Shown here: piece by piece, positions 31,171-43,701 of the stretch
Position numbering within the stretch: the first letter of the stretch is position 1
Layout: the number at the start of each line of letters is the position of its first letter
From: an uncultured Methanosarcinaceae archaeon
GTDB taxonomy: Archaea > Halobacteriota > Methanosarcinia > Methanosarcinales > Methanosarcinaceae
Direction of reading: 5' to 3'
Length of the DNA: 64,000 bases
Assembly (NCBI GenBank): GCA_963733675.1
Contig: CAVTET010000003.1
Span: 320,001 to 384,000 of the forward strand
Program-made: the position numbers and the translations under genes
Notes under the pieces: generated by a model
Seen by the model: the letters and a program-made list of their open reading frames with translations, nothing else
Databases searched by the model: none
What the model was told of the DNA's origin: nothing

Positions 31171-33150
31171 TTACATGAATAGGCTTAGTATCCTGAATGC
31201 GATACCACCTATCATGATCGCTGTGCCGATTTCCGCTATCGTTACAGCAGTTGCTTTTTTCCACCCGAACTCCGATGCCAAGGCCAATATATTGGCTAGG
31301 CATGGGACGTAAATCATGCTGATCAGCGCCAAGACTATTAATTGTACCGGAGTCATGATCGAGCCAAAGTTTGTGGTATGAAAAATTACAGCCAACGTCA
31401 ATAGGGTCATTTCTTTCCTAACGATTCCGAATATCAACAATATACCAGATACTGCTGGTAATCCAAGCCACCAGACCGTTAGCGGCATTAGCGCATTATT
31501 AATTGGAGTTAGTACTCCCAATGCATATAATGCTTGCACTGCTGCGCTGCCGATTATGTAAGCTGGGAATACGATCATGATCAATGATTTGGTGCGTGCC
31601 CACGTCTGTTTGAGTATAACGTTGAAAGAGGGTACGTGATAATCTGCCATCTCTATGATAAGACCAACGGATTCTCCAGGCATTACCTTGAACGCTATGC
31701 GACCTACCACGATAATGAGTAGTATATCAAATACATATAGAGCCAGACCCCACCAAATACTTACGAATGTAGCTACCAATCCTAGGATAACGACAGTCCT
31801 TGCCGTACAGGGTATTAGTGTGACCAAGTATGCCAAGAGTGTTTTTTGCTTCGGAGTTTCCATTATCCTACAAGAGTAAACTGCTGGCACATTGCACCCA
31901 TACCCTAGGATGAGTGGAATGACTGCCTTGCCATGCAACCCGAGTTTGTGCATACCGCGATCTAGCATGAATGATATCCTAGTCAAGTATCCAGAATCCT
32001 CAATAAATGCAAGTATTAGGTAAAATGGTAACACATACGGGATTATGAGAGTTACTCCGGCTACAAATCCGGTGAAAGCTCCATTCCATATGATACTTTC
32101 TATGGGACCTGTAACGACTGGTTCATACTGCTCTATCGCAGTTAAAAAATTTTGTATAATATCCGAAATACGGGCACCTATGATAAACGTCCAGACCAAC
32201 AGTCCCCCAATGACCATGATAGCAGTTACATATCCCAATACTGGGTGCAGGGCGATATTATCCAAAGCTTCTGTCAACGTTCTTTTTTTCACACCTGGCA
32301 TGACATCCCTGAAGACCTCATGAGCAATCATGTCAGCTACATGATATCGCTCACCGGTGATCACTATTCCAGATGGCTCACCGTGTATCTCCTCAATCTC
32401 TTCAGCCAGTGAATCAGCTAATATGGGAACATTCTGGTCAGCCTTCTCGAAAAGGCTGCTAATCTCAGCGTCTTTCTCGATCAGTTTGATAGCCGTCCAC
32501 CGTGAAGGATATCCAGTTTTTACATTCCCCAGGGCTACTATAAGCTTCTCTAAGCGCTGCTCTATTTCTTGACCATATTTTATTTTGTTCGGAAGTTTTT
32601 TATTTTCGATTGCATCTATTATTTTTTCTGTCAGGTTGTCGATTCCGATTCCCTTGATTGCTACAGTGGTGACTACAGACACTCCCAGGATTTCCTCAAG
32701 TTTTTTAGCATCGATGGATAATCCTTTCTTTTCCATGAGATCCACTTGGTTGAGTGCTATGACCATCGGCACTTCTAATTCTATCAGTTGTAGTGTGAAA
32801 AACAAATTTCTTTCCAGTGCCGATGCGTCTATGACATTTACGACTATGTCCGGCTTTTCAAGAGCGATGAAATCTCTAGATACGATTTCTTCCATTGAGT
32901 ATGTGGAGAACGAGTATATCCCTGGAAGGTCAATTATCTTGATCCTCATACCTTTATAATGCAATAATCCCTCGGCACGCTCTACCGTCTTCCCCGGCCA
33001 GTTGCCGATTATCTGATCCACGCCAGTTAATTGATTAAATATGGCACTCTTACCCACGTTAGAGTTCCCTGCAAGAGCAACCACCCTTTTGAAATCTTTC
33101 CTCTTTTTAGTTGCGGAGTCGCACTGCCCACAATTTTTACATTCTGCCAT
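31171..33150 (-). CDS. feoB: Ferrous iron transporter FeoB
   Basis: G1 GNSNVGKS, G2 NWPGKTVE, G3 DLPG, gate motifs EDSGYL.R and GYGCNVP; N-terminal CxxCxxC. Confidence 0.95.
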   Translation of the reverse strand: MAECKNCGQCDSATKKRKDFKRVVALAGNSNVGKSAIFNQLTGVDQIIGNWPGKTVERAEGLLHYKGMRIKIIDLPGIYSFSTYSMEEIVSRDFIALEKPDIVVNVIDASALERNLFFTLQLIELEVPMVIALNQVDLMEKKGLSIDAKKLEEILGVSVVTTVAIKGIGIDNLTEKIIDAIENKKLPNKIKYGQEIEQRLEKLIVALGNVKTGYPSRWTAIKLIEKDAEISSLFEKADQNVPILADSLAEEIEEIHGEPSGIVITGERYHVADMIAHEVFRDVMPGVKKRTLTEALDNIALHPVLGYVTAIMVIGGLLVWTFIIGARISDIIQNFLTAIEQYEPVVTGPIESIIWNGAFTGFVAGVTLIIPYVLPFYLILAFIEDSGYLTRISFMLDRGMHKLGLHGKAVIPLILGYGCNVPAVYSCRIMETPKQKTLLAYLVTLIPCTARTVVILGLVATFVSIWWGLALYVFDILLIIVVGRIAFKVMPGESVGLIIEMADYHVPSFNVILKQTWARTKSLIMIVFPAYIIGSAAVQALYALGVLTPINNALMPLTVWWLGLPAVSGILLIFGIVRKEMTLLTLAVIFHTTNFGSIMTPVQLIVLALISMIYVPCLANILALASEFGWKKATAVTIAEIGTAIMIGGIAFRILSLFM

Positions 33151-33162
33151 TAATACTCCGTT

Positions 33163-33867
33163 TTATCTTGACACGTTTACAAAAATATTATCTGCTATTT
33201 CCCTTGCTATCGCTAGATTCGTCCTTCTGATGCATATTTCTATGGGGCCATTCATTGGTGCTTTTCGCAGTAGTTCGACTTTTGTATTCAACGTTAATCC
33301 AAGGTCAGATAACCGCTGTACGATTTTCTTATCTCCCCTGAGGAATTTGATGAAGCCCTTTTCACAAGGTTCAAGGTCAGTTATCGGAACAATGCTCCCA
33401 TCATTTGTTCTACGCTTCCGTGAACTAGTAGCTCCGTTGCAATCATCACACGTACCTAAAAACATGGTACAGGAACTAATATGGCTTCCATGTGGGCACC
33501 TAGCAGGAGCGTTAAGAATTTTACATAAAGCGTTTTCCGTCTCGTCAGAGATATTGTGCTCCATCTTACACGCTTCAGCATGAGCCTTTTTTTTATCTAT
33601 ATGGAGAGTATCAGTGAGAAATACTTCCAGAAGCCTATGTTTACGTTTAATTTTAATAGCTATTATCAACCCTTCCTTTGTTAGAGTAGCTCCTTTATAA
33701 GGCGCATAGACGACAAGACCCTTTTCCGCCATATGTTGAATCGCTTCTGTAACGCTTGCTGGCGATTTTTTAAGGCATTTTGCGATCTCAGTAGTCCTTG
33801 CGGCTCTGTTTTTGCCCGCTATATCATAAATAGTTTTAAGATATTCTTCCACTTGTTCTGATGGCAT
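33163..33867 (-). CDS. DtxR/MntR-family metal-dependent repressor fused to FeoA
   Basis: EEYLKTIY, HRLLEVFL, EACKMEH, CPHG, C-terminal FeoA (RLSDLGL...APMNGPI); likely start MPSEQ at 33867. Confidence 0.92.
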   Translation of the reverse strand: MPSEQVEEYLKTIYDIAGKNRAARTTEIAKCLKKSPASVTEAIQHMAEKGLVVYAPYKGATLTKEGLIIAIKIKRKHRLLEVFLTDTLHIDKKKAHAEACKMEHNISDETENALCKILNAPARCPHGSHISSCTMFLGTCDDCNGATSSRKRRTNDGSIVPITDLEPCEKGFIKFLRGDKKIVQRLSDLGLTLNTKVELLRKAPMNGPIEICIRRTNLAIAREIADNIFVNVSR

Positions 33868-33907
33868 CGAATCACTACCACGGTTAAAAACAATCCCCAT
33901 ATATATA

Positions 33908-33927
33908 AATTTTGGCTAACCTAAATT
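33908..33927. promoter_or_regulatory. Putative DtxR/MntR operator
   Basis: Imperfect palindrome AATTTTGGCTAACCTAAATT (reverse strand contains TTTAGGTTAGCC) abutting the minus-strand TATA at 33902-33909. Confidence 0.7.
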
Positions 33928-34585
33928 ATCAGACATGAACTTTTTAGCTAATCAAGTTTCACGTTTTCATATTTGTCAGAAAGAGTCGAAGGGCATCGAA
34001 AGTAATTTATAATATAAACCATAATAAGAAAAGATCTGAGTTCTTCCAAAATTTTCAAAACTCTGAAATCCGGTATGAAAACATGGAACCAGAGGGAAGA
34101 GAGTCACTGAAATACTGCTACAGTGCGATCATGAGAACAATATTGTCCTGAAGAAAATTAATTTCAATAAAAATCGAAAATATTTTTCAAGTGGATATAG
34201 ATTCTGTCAACAAAATGGGATTTAATGGAAATCATATCGTAAGAACACTTCGATGTTGAGTATTTAAACTTCCTGCAGATGCAACAAAAAACAGCGAAGA
34301 ATCTTATATTTTCAATTTTGATAATACCATCTTTGAAGAAGGTGGTAACACTGGAAGTGAAAATTAGAACCTGTAGAGTGAGACAACTAAACTAGTGAAC
34401 AGTATTGTAGATAAGCCACTCCACAACTTAACTCAATTTAACCTGGCTTTATCACATTTCCTGTTCATAGTATTGATTATCATAATAACTTAATTTATCT
34501 TTCCATACTGGAAAATATTAAAATAATGGAAAATTTTGTGCTGTTGATATATTGTATAATAAACTTATGAGAATTTATAAACTTA

Positions 34586-34629
34586 TGTGGATTTAGATGA
34601 TTATTTGTTGTGGATTTAGATGATTATTT
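34586..34629 (+). repeat. 21-bp direct repeat
   Basis: TGTGGATTTAGATGATTATTT at 34586-34606 and 34609-34629. Confidence 0.85.
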
Positions 34630-34768
34630 TACTTTAACAAGTAATTTTAATATTATTTATAAACATATAATGAAATTTAGGAGTTATAGAAAATTTTCTT
34701 ATATTTCTACTGCACAAATTAGATGCCACAGTTAAAGAAGACTAATAATTGACGGTAAAAGATAACTA

Positions 34769-36610
34769 ATGATTAATACTAGCGCAAGCAAATTTTTGGA
34801 TAGACTAATCAATAATTATGCGTTTCATATTATATGTGTATTTTTTGTAATACTGGTAATTGTAAAAATTCTATTATCATCTCGTTTTTGTGGTCCATTT
34901 ATTTTTCCAGATGAAACTTTATACAATAGCATTGCCCAAAGTATTGTACACGGTAAGTTATATGGAAAGTTAGGTTCGTTTTCTCCAGGATATCCATTTT
35001 TATTGTCATTAGCATATAATATTTCCAATGACCAAAATATTATTTATCACATAATGTTAGTGATAAGCGCTTTCATATCTAGCACCATCATTTTTCCTTC
35101 ATTTTTTATTATGGAAAAATACTGTTCAAAGGCAGTATCAGTTCTGGGTTCAGTTACCGTGTCAACATTACCATCTTTAAATTTTTATAGCTTTACACTA
35201 ATGACTGAGACATTATTTATACCCTTATTTTTATTTTCCATATGGTTTATCCTTAAAAGTTATGAAACTAGCAATAAAAAATGGGAATTATTAGCTTCAT
35301 TGTCAACTGTATATTTATATATCACTAGATCGACTGGATTGGCAATGCTAATAGCATTTGTATTGACATTTATATATTATATTATTTCAAATTTAAATAA
35401 AGATCGAGTGCTCGTTTTAATTAAAAAAAAGTTCATTTTAATGGCTAGTATCATTATATTTTTATTATGTTGGCTTACTTATTCAACATATTTCGTGGAC
35501 ATAAATCAACCCTTTAGTGATAAATTAACGAAAACTTATGATTTTGGATCAGCTCATAATATCAAAGGGGTGGTAGAGCACGGGACAGACATTTTTGCAA
35601 GTATTAAAAATATGTTGATATTTACTAAGTTCTTTGCAAATTTAATAAGTTACCTGTTAGTTGGCTCCTCTTTTCTGTTATTCATCATTATTTATTATTT
35701 TATCTTGTTACTCATCAATAAAAAACCATTGAAAAATCATACATTATCAATGCCAATTTTCTATGCTTTCATCAGTTCCCTATTATTGATAATCGCTACT
35801 ATCAGCTTTCTGTTTAAGGATAAAAATACAAACTTGATACTTGGAAGATACATTGAGCCAATCATACCAATAATAATGATCCTAGGAATTATATGTATAA
35901 GTAATTTTGATCAAAAAATAATGAACAAAAGGAATATTATTTATTTTATCATTAGTTCCATTCCACTTATACTTATTATACCATATAGTTTCGCCTGGGA
36001 TAATATTATTATCAATGTATTCAATGACCTACAAAATAATCCGACACTATATGTATATAATATATTTTATGGGTATACTACGTTTAATGCATTCGCAAGA
36101 TTCTATGAACCGAGTTCTACAATTATAACGCGAGCAATCTCATCATCTTTACATCCATCATTGGTTATGTACATCTATTTTTCGGTGACTGTAGCATTAA
36201 TAACACTATCAATGAAAAAAAAGCATTATATCAGTTTACTATTGATCTTTATTATCACTTCATCCCTGATTTTTTCTACCACATTATACCGCGTTTCAGT
36301 AGCAAAATCAAATGATGAAATGGATAATAGTATAGCAAAATTTTTAACAAATAGCACCAATAACAGGACTACCTATCTCATCGACCAAGCTACTGCTCCT
36401 GCAAATGTAAACATCGAAAAGTACGTGTACGGATTTTGGAATAAAGGAAATATTCGTTATGTCAATGCTGGAAAGACTTCTCTAAAATCTATGGAATTAA
36501 ATAAAACAACATATCTGATATCGACAAAATCTTTGCCATATAATGAAATAGCTAAAGATGGTAATTTCACTCTTTATCTAATAAAGAATGCCTCTCCATT
36601 AATTAGTTGA
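34769..36610 (+). CDS. GT-C fold (PMT/ArnT-like) membrane glycosyltransferase
   Basis: FPDETLY acidic dipeptide after TM1, PGYP, MTETLF, GRY; more than 10 TM segments. Confidence 0.75.
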   Translation: MINTSASKFLDRLINNYAFHIICVFFVILVIVKILLSSRFCGPFIFPDETLYNSIAQSIVHGKLYGKLGSFSPGYPFLLSLAYNISNDQNIIYHIMLVISAFISSTIIFPSFFIMEKYCSKAVSVLGSVTVSTLPSLNFYSFTLMTETLFIPLFLFSIWFILKSYETSNKKWELLASLSTVYLYITRSTGLAMLIAFVLTFIYYIISNLNKDRVLVLIKKKFILMASIIIFLLCWLTYSTYFVDINQPFSDKLTKTYDFGSAHNIKGVVEHGTDIFASIKNMLIFTKFFANLISYLLVGSSFLLFIIIYYFILLLINKKPLKNHTLSMPIFYAFISSLLLIIATISFLFKDKNTNLILGRYIEPIIPIIMILGIICISNFDQKIMNKRNIIYFIISSIPLILIIPYSFAWDNIIINVFNDLQNNPTLYVYNIFYGYTTFNAFARFYEPSSTIITRAISSSLHPSLVMYIYFSVTVALITLSMKKKHYISLLLIFIITSSLIFSTTLYRVSVAKSNDEMDNSIAKFLTNSTNNRTTYLIDQATAPANVNIEKYVYGFWNKGNIRYVNAGKTSLKSMELNKTTYLISTKSLPYNEIAKDGNFTLYLIKNASPLIS

Positions 36611-37625
36611 TATCTTAAGAGTTATATAAATTAAAAGCTCTTTTAAAAAATAGTCAAGTAAAGTCCAACGGGTCTACAAATGTCGAATTTATTGATATAA
36701 GTAATTTCAGAGATTATTTTACCCATTTTGGAGATGGATCTACATATGGAGTACATCTTTCTCTAAACCTTTATATTAAGCGGTGAAATAACGGTGTACT
36801 CCGAATTGTTTTAAATTATCACTTTTTTTTCAACACCGCTTCTTCATTTTATTCTCATTTCTATTGTAGTATTCCCGTGGCTCAGTAAATATGGGTCAAA
36901 AGGCAATTTATTGAATTGAGTCTATCCTAGATTCAAGCCATCTGTTGTGAATAAGGTACTATAAATTTATGAGTACCTTTGGAGTCAGTTGTTGACTGTG
37001 AATATTCAATTGTCCCATTCTGATCTATAAAGATTGTCGTGCTTATTTTTAGGATCTTATTCTGGGAGGCGGTTCTTGTTACTTTTACAATTTTAACATA
37101 TTTACAAATATTAACATAGCTTACATATACTTAGAAAATATTTTTCTCAAAGAATAAATTGTAAAATTGTTTATAGATAATTTTCTAATTTTTGTCTACC
37201 TATGTTTCATAAACCACAGTATACAGTTTCAAGTAATTTTCATCAAAGATGTGTACCTTTGGCTGCTTTTTTCAGTAAATCTAAAAATTAAATCAAGATT
37301 AATAAATTATTACAGTGATCAATTAGGATTAACAAATTTTTTAATCTAACATATTCAGATTTAAGATAATTAATGATTTCATGCTATTGATTTTTTAGTT
37401 TAACAATCTAAGTTCAATTAAATTTATATTAGTAACAAAGGAGTATATTTTCAGCGATACATATCCATATTAAACCATATTTAACTATAAATAATCCAAT
37501 ATGCATATTATTATACTATACTTCCATATTCAACTACCAGTTTTAAATTAAAAATCCCTTCTTTCTAGAATTGTGCCTATCATTCAGCAAAACTATCAAA
37601 ATAATACTTAAAAGATGGAAATATT

Positions 37626-39606
37626 ATGGAAATGAGATATAAAAATACTCTTATGTTAATTAGTATGATTTTATTGTCAACGACTGCACTTGCAGCAACT
37701 CAGACTGTAAAATCTGCCGCACAGCCATATCACATTGACCCCCACCATAATTTGTGGATCAAAGTTAACATGAATGGCAGCGCACAACATTTTAAGGTGT
37801 ACAATAAGCCGGGATACTCACCCAACGGGGAAGCAGTTATGTGGGCATACGATAACTTTAGCTCAGGCAGCTTAAATACATCAAAATGGACAGTTTACAA
37901 AGAAGGAAGCAATAATGCAACAATAGACGTACAAAATGGACATCTAGTGTTGTCAGGCTCGGGTAATACATCTTCTGCAAATGTTGTGCTGAATAAACAA
38001 TTCACTAACGGCATTGAACTGGCGATCAATGAAACATTGGCAGGGGGTACCCATAACTTAGGCACATTCTCTGATGTTTCTTTTGGTTCTGGTGCACCAG
38101 TAGGTGGGATTAGGGGAACAGATTGGTGGCATACACATTTCAAAGCTGGTGGTGGCTCATTCCAAAGTCAAGGAATAGACAAAGCAATGATTTGGGTAAA
38201 CTCAAACAGTTCGGATATTAATGTGCCAATCCCTGGGATCAGACTAAATGATTACGTCCAAGAGAATATTTCACATACAGTGGCATACAGTTATGATTCT
38301 TCTGGTAATGCAAACATGTACATGCTAAATGTAACTCAAAATCGTCTACCCTTATCTATACCTGATCCATATGGGTATAACCAGTTCAATCATCCATCCA
38401 TCTATTTCAATAAGACTGGCATATTTGGTCACAAATGGTGGATGTTTATTACACCATATGCATACTCCGAGAGGTGAGCTTGAAAATGCATGTTTGTACT
38501 ATTCTGATGATGGACTAGTTTGGCATGTACCGCCAGGAGTGAAAAATCCTATTGGAACACCAATAGAATCTGAGTATGAATCAAATGCTTATGGTCTTGA
38601 TCCGTATGGTTCTGATCCATACGGTTCTGATTCATGTGGTTCTGATCTATATGGTTCTGATTCGCATATAATATACAATCCTAATATCGGGAAATTCATG
38701 TGCTACTATGTAATAGTAGATGTCGTTGGTGATGAAACCGTAGAAGATCCGAAGGTTAAGACTTATGATAGTATTACTGTTTCACCAGAAATAAATGTCA
38801 ATGGTCATGGTGTATCACCAGCTGTATTGTATGATGAAGCTACGAGAACATATTACATGTGGATTGTTGATATCGATCCTACCCCGCATGTAATATACAG
38901 ATACACGTCCACTGATGGGATTCATTTTAGTAATAAGCAAGCAGTGGGTCTATCAAGTTAATATCACCCCTGGCATATTAATGTAATGAATTATCCAGGA
39001 AAATCGACAATTTATGCATTACTTACAATGTATAGTAACAACGGATTCACCGGTGATCTACATATTGCAACTGCAAATAACTACACCGATAATTTTACAG
39101 TTCAAAATACATCACTTCTAAAACTCAAGGAATCATCATGTCCAACACATAAGGATACTCTGTTATATCGTAGTGCAGGTGTATTTAGTGATGACGGAAA
39201 CATCTTGAAACTCTGGATACCTGCGCAAGATAATAATGGAGTTTGGACTGTTTTTTACACGCAAGCAACTAAGGAAAAAGGTGTCTGGAAAGTTGGGACA
39301 TTCATAACTCCGCATGCACCGCTTATGACAACCAAAAACACACAATATCTCTACACACCAAAACAATGGATGATATCACAAGGCGATTCACCAAAAAGCC
39401 ATGGAGTCAAAAGAGAAATCAATGAAGTTTGGGGGTATAAAATAGGTCACACACCAAAAATAAATGTAAAAAATATGGGGACGTACACTCAAATTGATGT
39501 TAAGCCAACCGATTTACAAAACGTGTCTGATTACCAGGTAATGATCCCTTCTAGTATGTTTAACATATCATCCCAGAGAGAATCTCTGGATGTTGAGCAT
39601 GCATAA
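37626..39606 (+). pseudogene. Secreted protein with glycoside-hydrolase-like beta-propeller, disrupted
   Basis: Signal peptide; HPSI...WWMFITPY...ENACLYYSDDG..W...SPAV...STDG..F; frameshift near 38470 and in-frame TAA at 38959-38961. Confidence 0.6.
38590..38664 (+). repeat. Five 15-nt tandem repeats (YGSDP-like)
   Basis: TATGGTCTTGATCCG TATGGTTCTGATCCA TACGGTTCTGATTCA TGTGGTTCTGATCTA TATGGTTCTGATTCG. Confidence 0.9.
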
Positions 39607-40135
39607 GTACACAAAATAAACAGCGTTGTATAAAGGGCAGCTTGTAAATCTCAATTTTAGTAATTTAATTAGGGCTTACAAGGCTGTCTTCTGCAAGACT
39701 ATGTTAACAGGGGTTAAAAATCACATTTTCTGAAGTTCAAAAATTCCAATATTCAAAAATTATGCGGATAAAACAATGACTTTAACATAAAAATATAGAC
39801 TACAAGATATATTCATTGGTACGCTGTTTATCAATTGCCTTTGAAGTGTGCATAAGCTTAAAATGGTTAGGATATTATAAAATATCTTATTATAACATAT
39901 TAGAATGTAATGAAGATAATCAGATATAATGCTGCTGTTAAAGTGTCTGGTTTACCATCATTTTCATCCATTTTGCTTCCGTTCCGTGACTGATCAGATT
40001 CTGTTTTACAGAACTTTCAGGACACTGTTTATCCAGGTAAAGTACCAAACATCCGATAAAATCTGATTAACTTCGTACTTTTTTCTTTACCACAACAGAA
40101 AAGGATAAAGAGCTGGTCACACTTTACAAAACCTA

Positions 40136-40483
40136 TCAACTTTTTTGAATTTTTTCGTCAATTTGCAGCTTATTCTCCATTTGAGTACCGAAATCGCCTT
40201 CAGAACTATTTTTTGCTCTGTAATACCCAAGGAAGTAACCAATAATTATTGCACCAGTAGCTGCCTTAAGGCCAAAAAGCAGACTTTCGATTTCATCACT
40301 TGGGGGAACCCAGATAGGTTTCGCAATAGGTTTGTAAGCCCCACCTGTAATTTGATCAATAACGACTGCAGGTTTGTCGTCAGCTCCACCATATTCGGCA
40401 TGTGTAGTAGAAGACATATAAAAGAACTGGGCTGCAAAAATCAGAATTATAGCAATCACGATAAATTCAAGTTTCCTGCTCAT
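40136..40483 (-). CDS. cbiN: Cobalt ECF transporter component CbiN
   Basis: [30 protein letters not shown]; overlaps the cbiM stop. Confidence 0.9.
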   Translation of the reverse strand: MSRKLEFIVIAIILIFAAQFFYMSSTTHAEYGGADDKPAVVIDQITGGAYKPIAKPIWVPPSDEIESLLFGLKAATGAIIIGYFLGYYRAKNSSEGDFGTQMENKLQIDEKIQKS

Positions 40484-41187
40484 GCAGCACGCCCCCTGAT
40501 TTTGCGAACTAAAGATTCGGTCAATACGTTCATTTCAACAAGGATATCACTCTTGACTTCAATCACGTACTTGAAGAGTAGGGCACTAACAGCGCCTTCG
40601 ATGATTGCCAGGGGTATCTGAGTAATTGCGAAGACTTCCAGAAATTTGCTGAATGAACTGAAGAAACCCACATAATTTAAGATTCCTCCTGCAGGAAATG
40701 CCAAAGCAAGTTCCGTAGAAGTTGTAATATAAGTAGCCCAGTCTCCGAAAGCTGCAGCCAGAAAGACAATTAAATAAAAGTTGATTTTGGCTTTCATTCC
40801 GGCCTTATAAATTAGGTATGACACCACAGGACCCACGATGCCCATTGAGAATACATTTGCTCCGAGGGTCGTAAGCCCACCATGAGCTAGGAAGAGAGCT
40901 TGGAAAATCAGCACAATCGTCCCAAGAACTGCAGTAATCGCAGGTCCAAAAATGATTGCACCTACACCTGTTCCTGTAGGGTGGGAACAACTTCCTGTAA
41001 CGGAAGGCATTTTCAAGGAGGAAAGTACGAAGATAAATGCACCTGCGACAGCAAGGATAGGTAACATCTCGCGTTTTTTGTTCACTAATTTATTCATTTT
41101 GTAAACACCAAATGCGACCACTGGTATTGATACTGCAAACCATACTAGACACCAAAACACCGGTAAAAAGCCTTCCATTATATGCAT
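40480..41187 (-). CDS. cbiM: Cobalt ECF transporter substrate component CbiM
   Basis: N-terminal [28 protein letters not shown]. Confidence 0.95.
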   Translation of the reverse strand: MHIMEGFLPVFWCLVWFAVSIPVVAFGVYKMNKLVNKKREMLPILAVAGAFIFVLSSLKMPSVTGSCSHPTGTGVGAIIFGPAITAVLGTIVLIFQALFLAHGGLTTLGANVFSMGIVGPVVSYLIYKAGMKAKINFYLIVFLAAAFGDWATYITTSTELALAFPAGGILNYVGFFSSFSKFLEVFAITQIPLAIIEGAVSALLFKYVIEVKSDILVEMNVLTESLVRKIRGRAA

Positions 41188-42440
41188 AAGATCACCATGA
41201 AATATCAAGTCAAGTAACTATGCTTAAGACTCAGGCACTTGAAGTACAAAATCAAGCTTAATAGACTAAGTAATTTAAACTTGAATTTTAACCAGCATAA
41301 GGTTTGATGCAGTTGATTTTTCAGTTAAACAGTGTGAGTCTTAATATTATCTTAAGTAAAGGTTAGTTAATTTAAACCAAATTTAGTTGTTCTAACCCTT
41401 AATAAAGATTGTTATTTTAAAAAAACCAAGTGCATAAAAACTTATAAAAGTAATTTAGTGTAACAATTGCACTCAATGCAAAATAAATTATAGATTAGAA
41501 CAAGTTAAACCTAAATCAATGGATTGTTCTTTTGGAACGTTATTTATATTGCTTCAAATAATCCCCTTAAGAAACCTGAGATGTTCCCACATCTCCAGAC
41601 GTCGGTGATCTTGGAGATGAGATGAGTCTAGATGTGCTGGTGTTTATGCGGCTGGTTTTGTTCCTGGATCTTTTGATGCTGTTTCTGGAAATAGAGTTGC
41701 TCCTGCAAGATTTGGACTTGGATCTGGAGCTTTTGCGGGCTCTGCAGGTTCTGAAGCATTCACTGTGTATGGCATTCCACCGTATGAAGGACAAACCCAA
41801 GTTAGATTTCCTGCATGAGTGAAGATTGGATATATCATGAATAGAGTAGGTCTGATATTCTGCCAATTTGAAAAATAGTAGATTGGCAGGACGGAGTGGT
41901 AAAATCCTTCTATAAAACTTGATATTTTGTTTAAAAAACCTGAAACACCAGCTACCTGCACTTATATATACGGAATTTCACTACCACAGGTTCAATGAAT
42001 TACTTCAGATTCTCGTATTTTTGATATTTTTTGGATAGACATATGAATGTATAACAACTTCATATTTAATATTTTTCTTTATTTTCTTCATATTTTATGT
42101 TATTAAGCTTAAAACTAATATTACTTGTTTTATTTTAAGTCAATCATTATTTCAATTTACTTTAGTTTCTGAATTATTATTCATCACATATTATAAATCA
42201 TCAATAAATATATCCTGATAAGGAGATGTATAATTATACTATTCTCCAAATAATAAAATATAATTATTTCATAATGTGTTTCCATTTATTTTCTTAAAAT
42301 AGACTATCAAAAATCGCAACGATTTTTACCAACGATTTGAGATTGGGAATAAATGGGAAAAATAACAGCTTTCTAAAAATAATACAAAGTGAAAACAATT
42401 TCGAGTGTATACAAAGATGGGGAAACAAAAATTTGATAGA

Positions 42441-42697
42441 ATGAAAACAATACTTGGCATTCTCATATTAGTCTTTGCAATAGTGCCGTTGCTAACAGTG
42501 TCAGCGAGTGCACAGAACTCTTAATACTAGTTCTGTTGGACCTATGGTTGGACCTATAGGACCGTTTGGATTATTACCCACCAGCTCCCTATGGAGATAG
42601 TGGGGATAGCGAGGTAGTCTGCGGACCTTATGGATGCTATTGGAATGAAGCCACAGGATACATCCCGAAGGCTATAATGGCCAATAATGGTTGGTAA
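42441..42697 (+). pseudogene. Small secreted Gly/Tyr/Pro-rich protein, disrupted
   Basis: MKTILGILILVFAIVPLLTVSASA signal peptide then stop; a downstream frame encodes YYPPAPYGDSGDSEVVCGPYGCYWNEATGYIPKAIMANNGW*. Confidence 0.45.
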
Positions 42698-43701
42698 AAA
42701 TAAACCGTTATTTCGTCAATGATCTCAATCGTTGACTAATTAAGCGTGGAAAGGAAAAGACATTTAGTATCTGCTTGTAACCACAAAAATATATTGGACT
42801 GAAAAAAAAGCTGATTTACTAAAAATTAAATGCATCTACTTTTTGCTATACTTTTCAGTTTGTGGGTTGGGTACTAATGAATAAAATATTAAGGGAAAGT
42901 TCACGCTTCGAACCTATAATATTAAACCCATACATCAATGAAAAAATAAGAAAAAGACATTTGTCCGTAAAGATATTGGCTTTTCATTAACTTAAAAAAA
43001 GGACAAAATAATAACTACGGAAGAAGATAAAAAATAGGGCAATATTGATAACCTTAAAGAATATCGTTATTGCCCTGAAAAATTGAGTGACCAACAATTT
43101 TAAATTATACCTAGAGTTAATATTTATAAACATGAAATTAACAACAATAAAAGATTGTGTATGTAGTTAGTGAGATGATCAACTCGATACTTTAAAGCTG
43201 ATTTTTCCTTAACTGTTTAACTTGTTCTGCTAATAGACTAAGTAATCCCTGTTTTTCATTGGGAAGAAAAATTTACAGAATTTTTGGTACACTCCTAGTT
43301 CTATATAAATATTACTTCCTCATTTTTTTATTTGCAATGGTTGTTTGGTTAATTAGTTCCAAGTGTTCCAGGTGTTCCAAAAGCTCCATGAGTACGAGAT
43401 CAACAAGGTTTTCTTACTATTGATGGCATTTAGGAAATCCATAGATTTAATCACTAAAACTGTGTATTCATGAGAATTTGATGAATTGTCTGGTCAAATA
43501 GTGAATCTGGTTTTTCAAAAATAGTGAGGGATAAAAGAACGAGTATATAAGAATAAAATGGCTATAACTAAAATTAAAAATGTATGTAGAAGCCTACATT
43601 GGTATCTGTCCAAGAGTTTTGCTTCCAATACTTCTTTGCATATTATTCTCCTCTTTCAATGTACATGGTAAAGGTGCTCGTGACTACCTAGTCCAGAGTG
43701 G

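Noticed and set aside
41190-41560. Cobalamin riboswitch upstream of cbiM
   Set aside because: No B12-box-like sequence seen; the region is AT-rich and partly MITE-derived.
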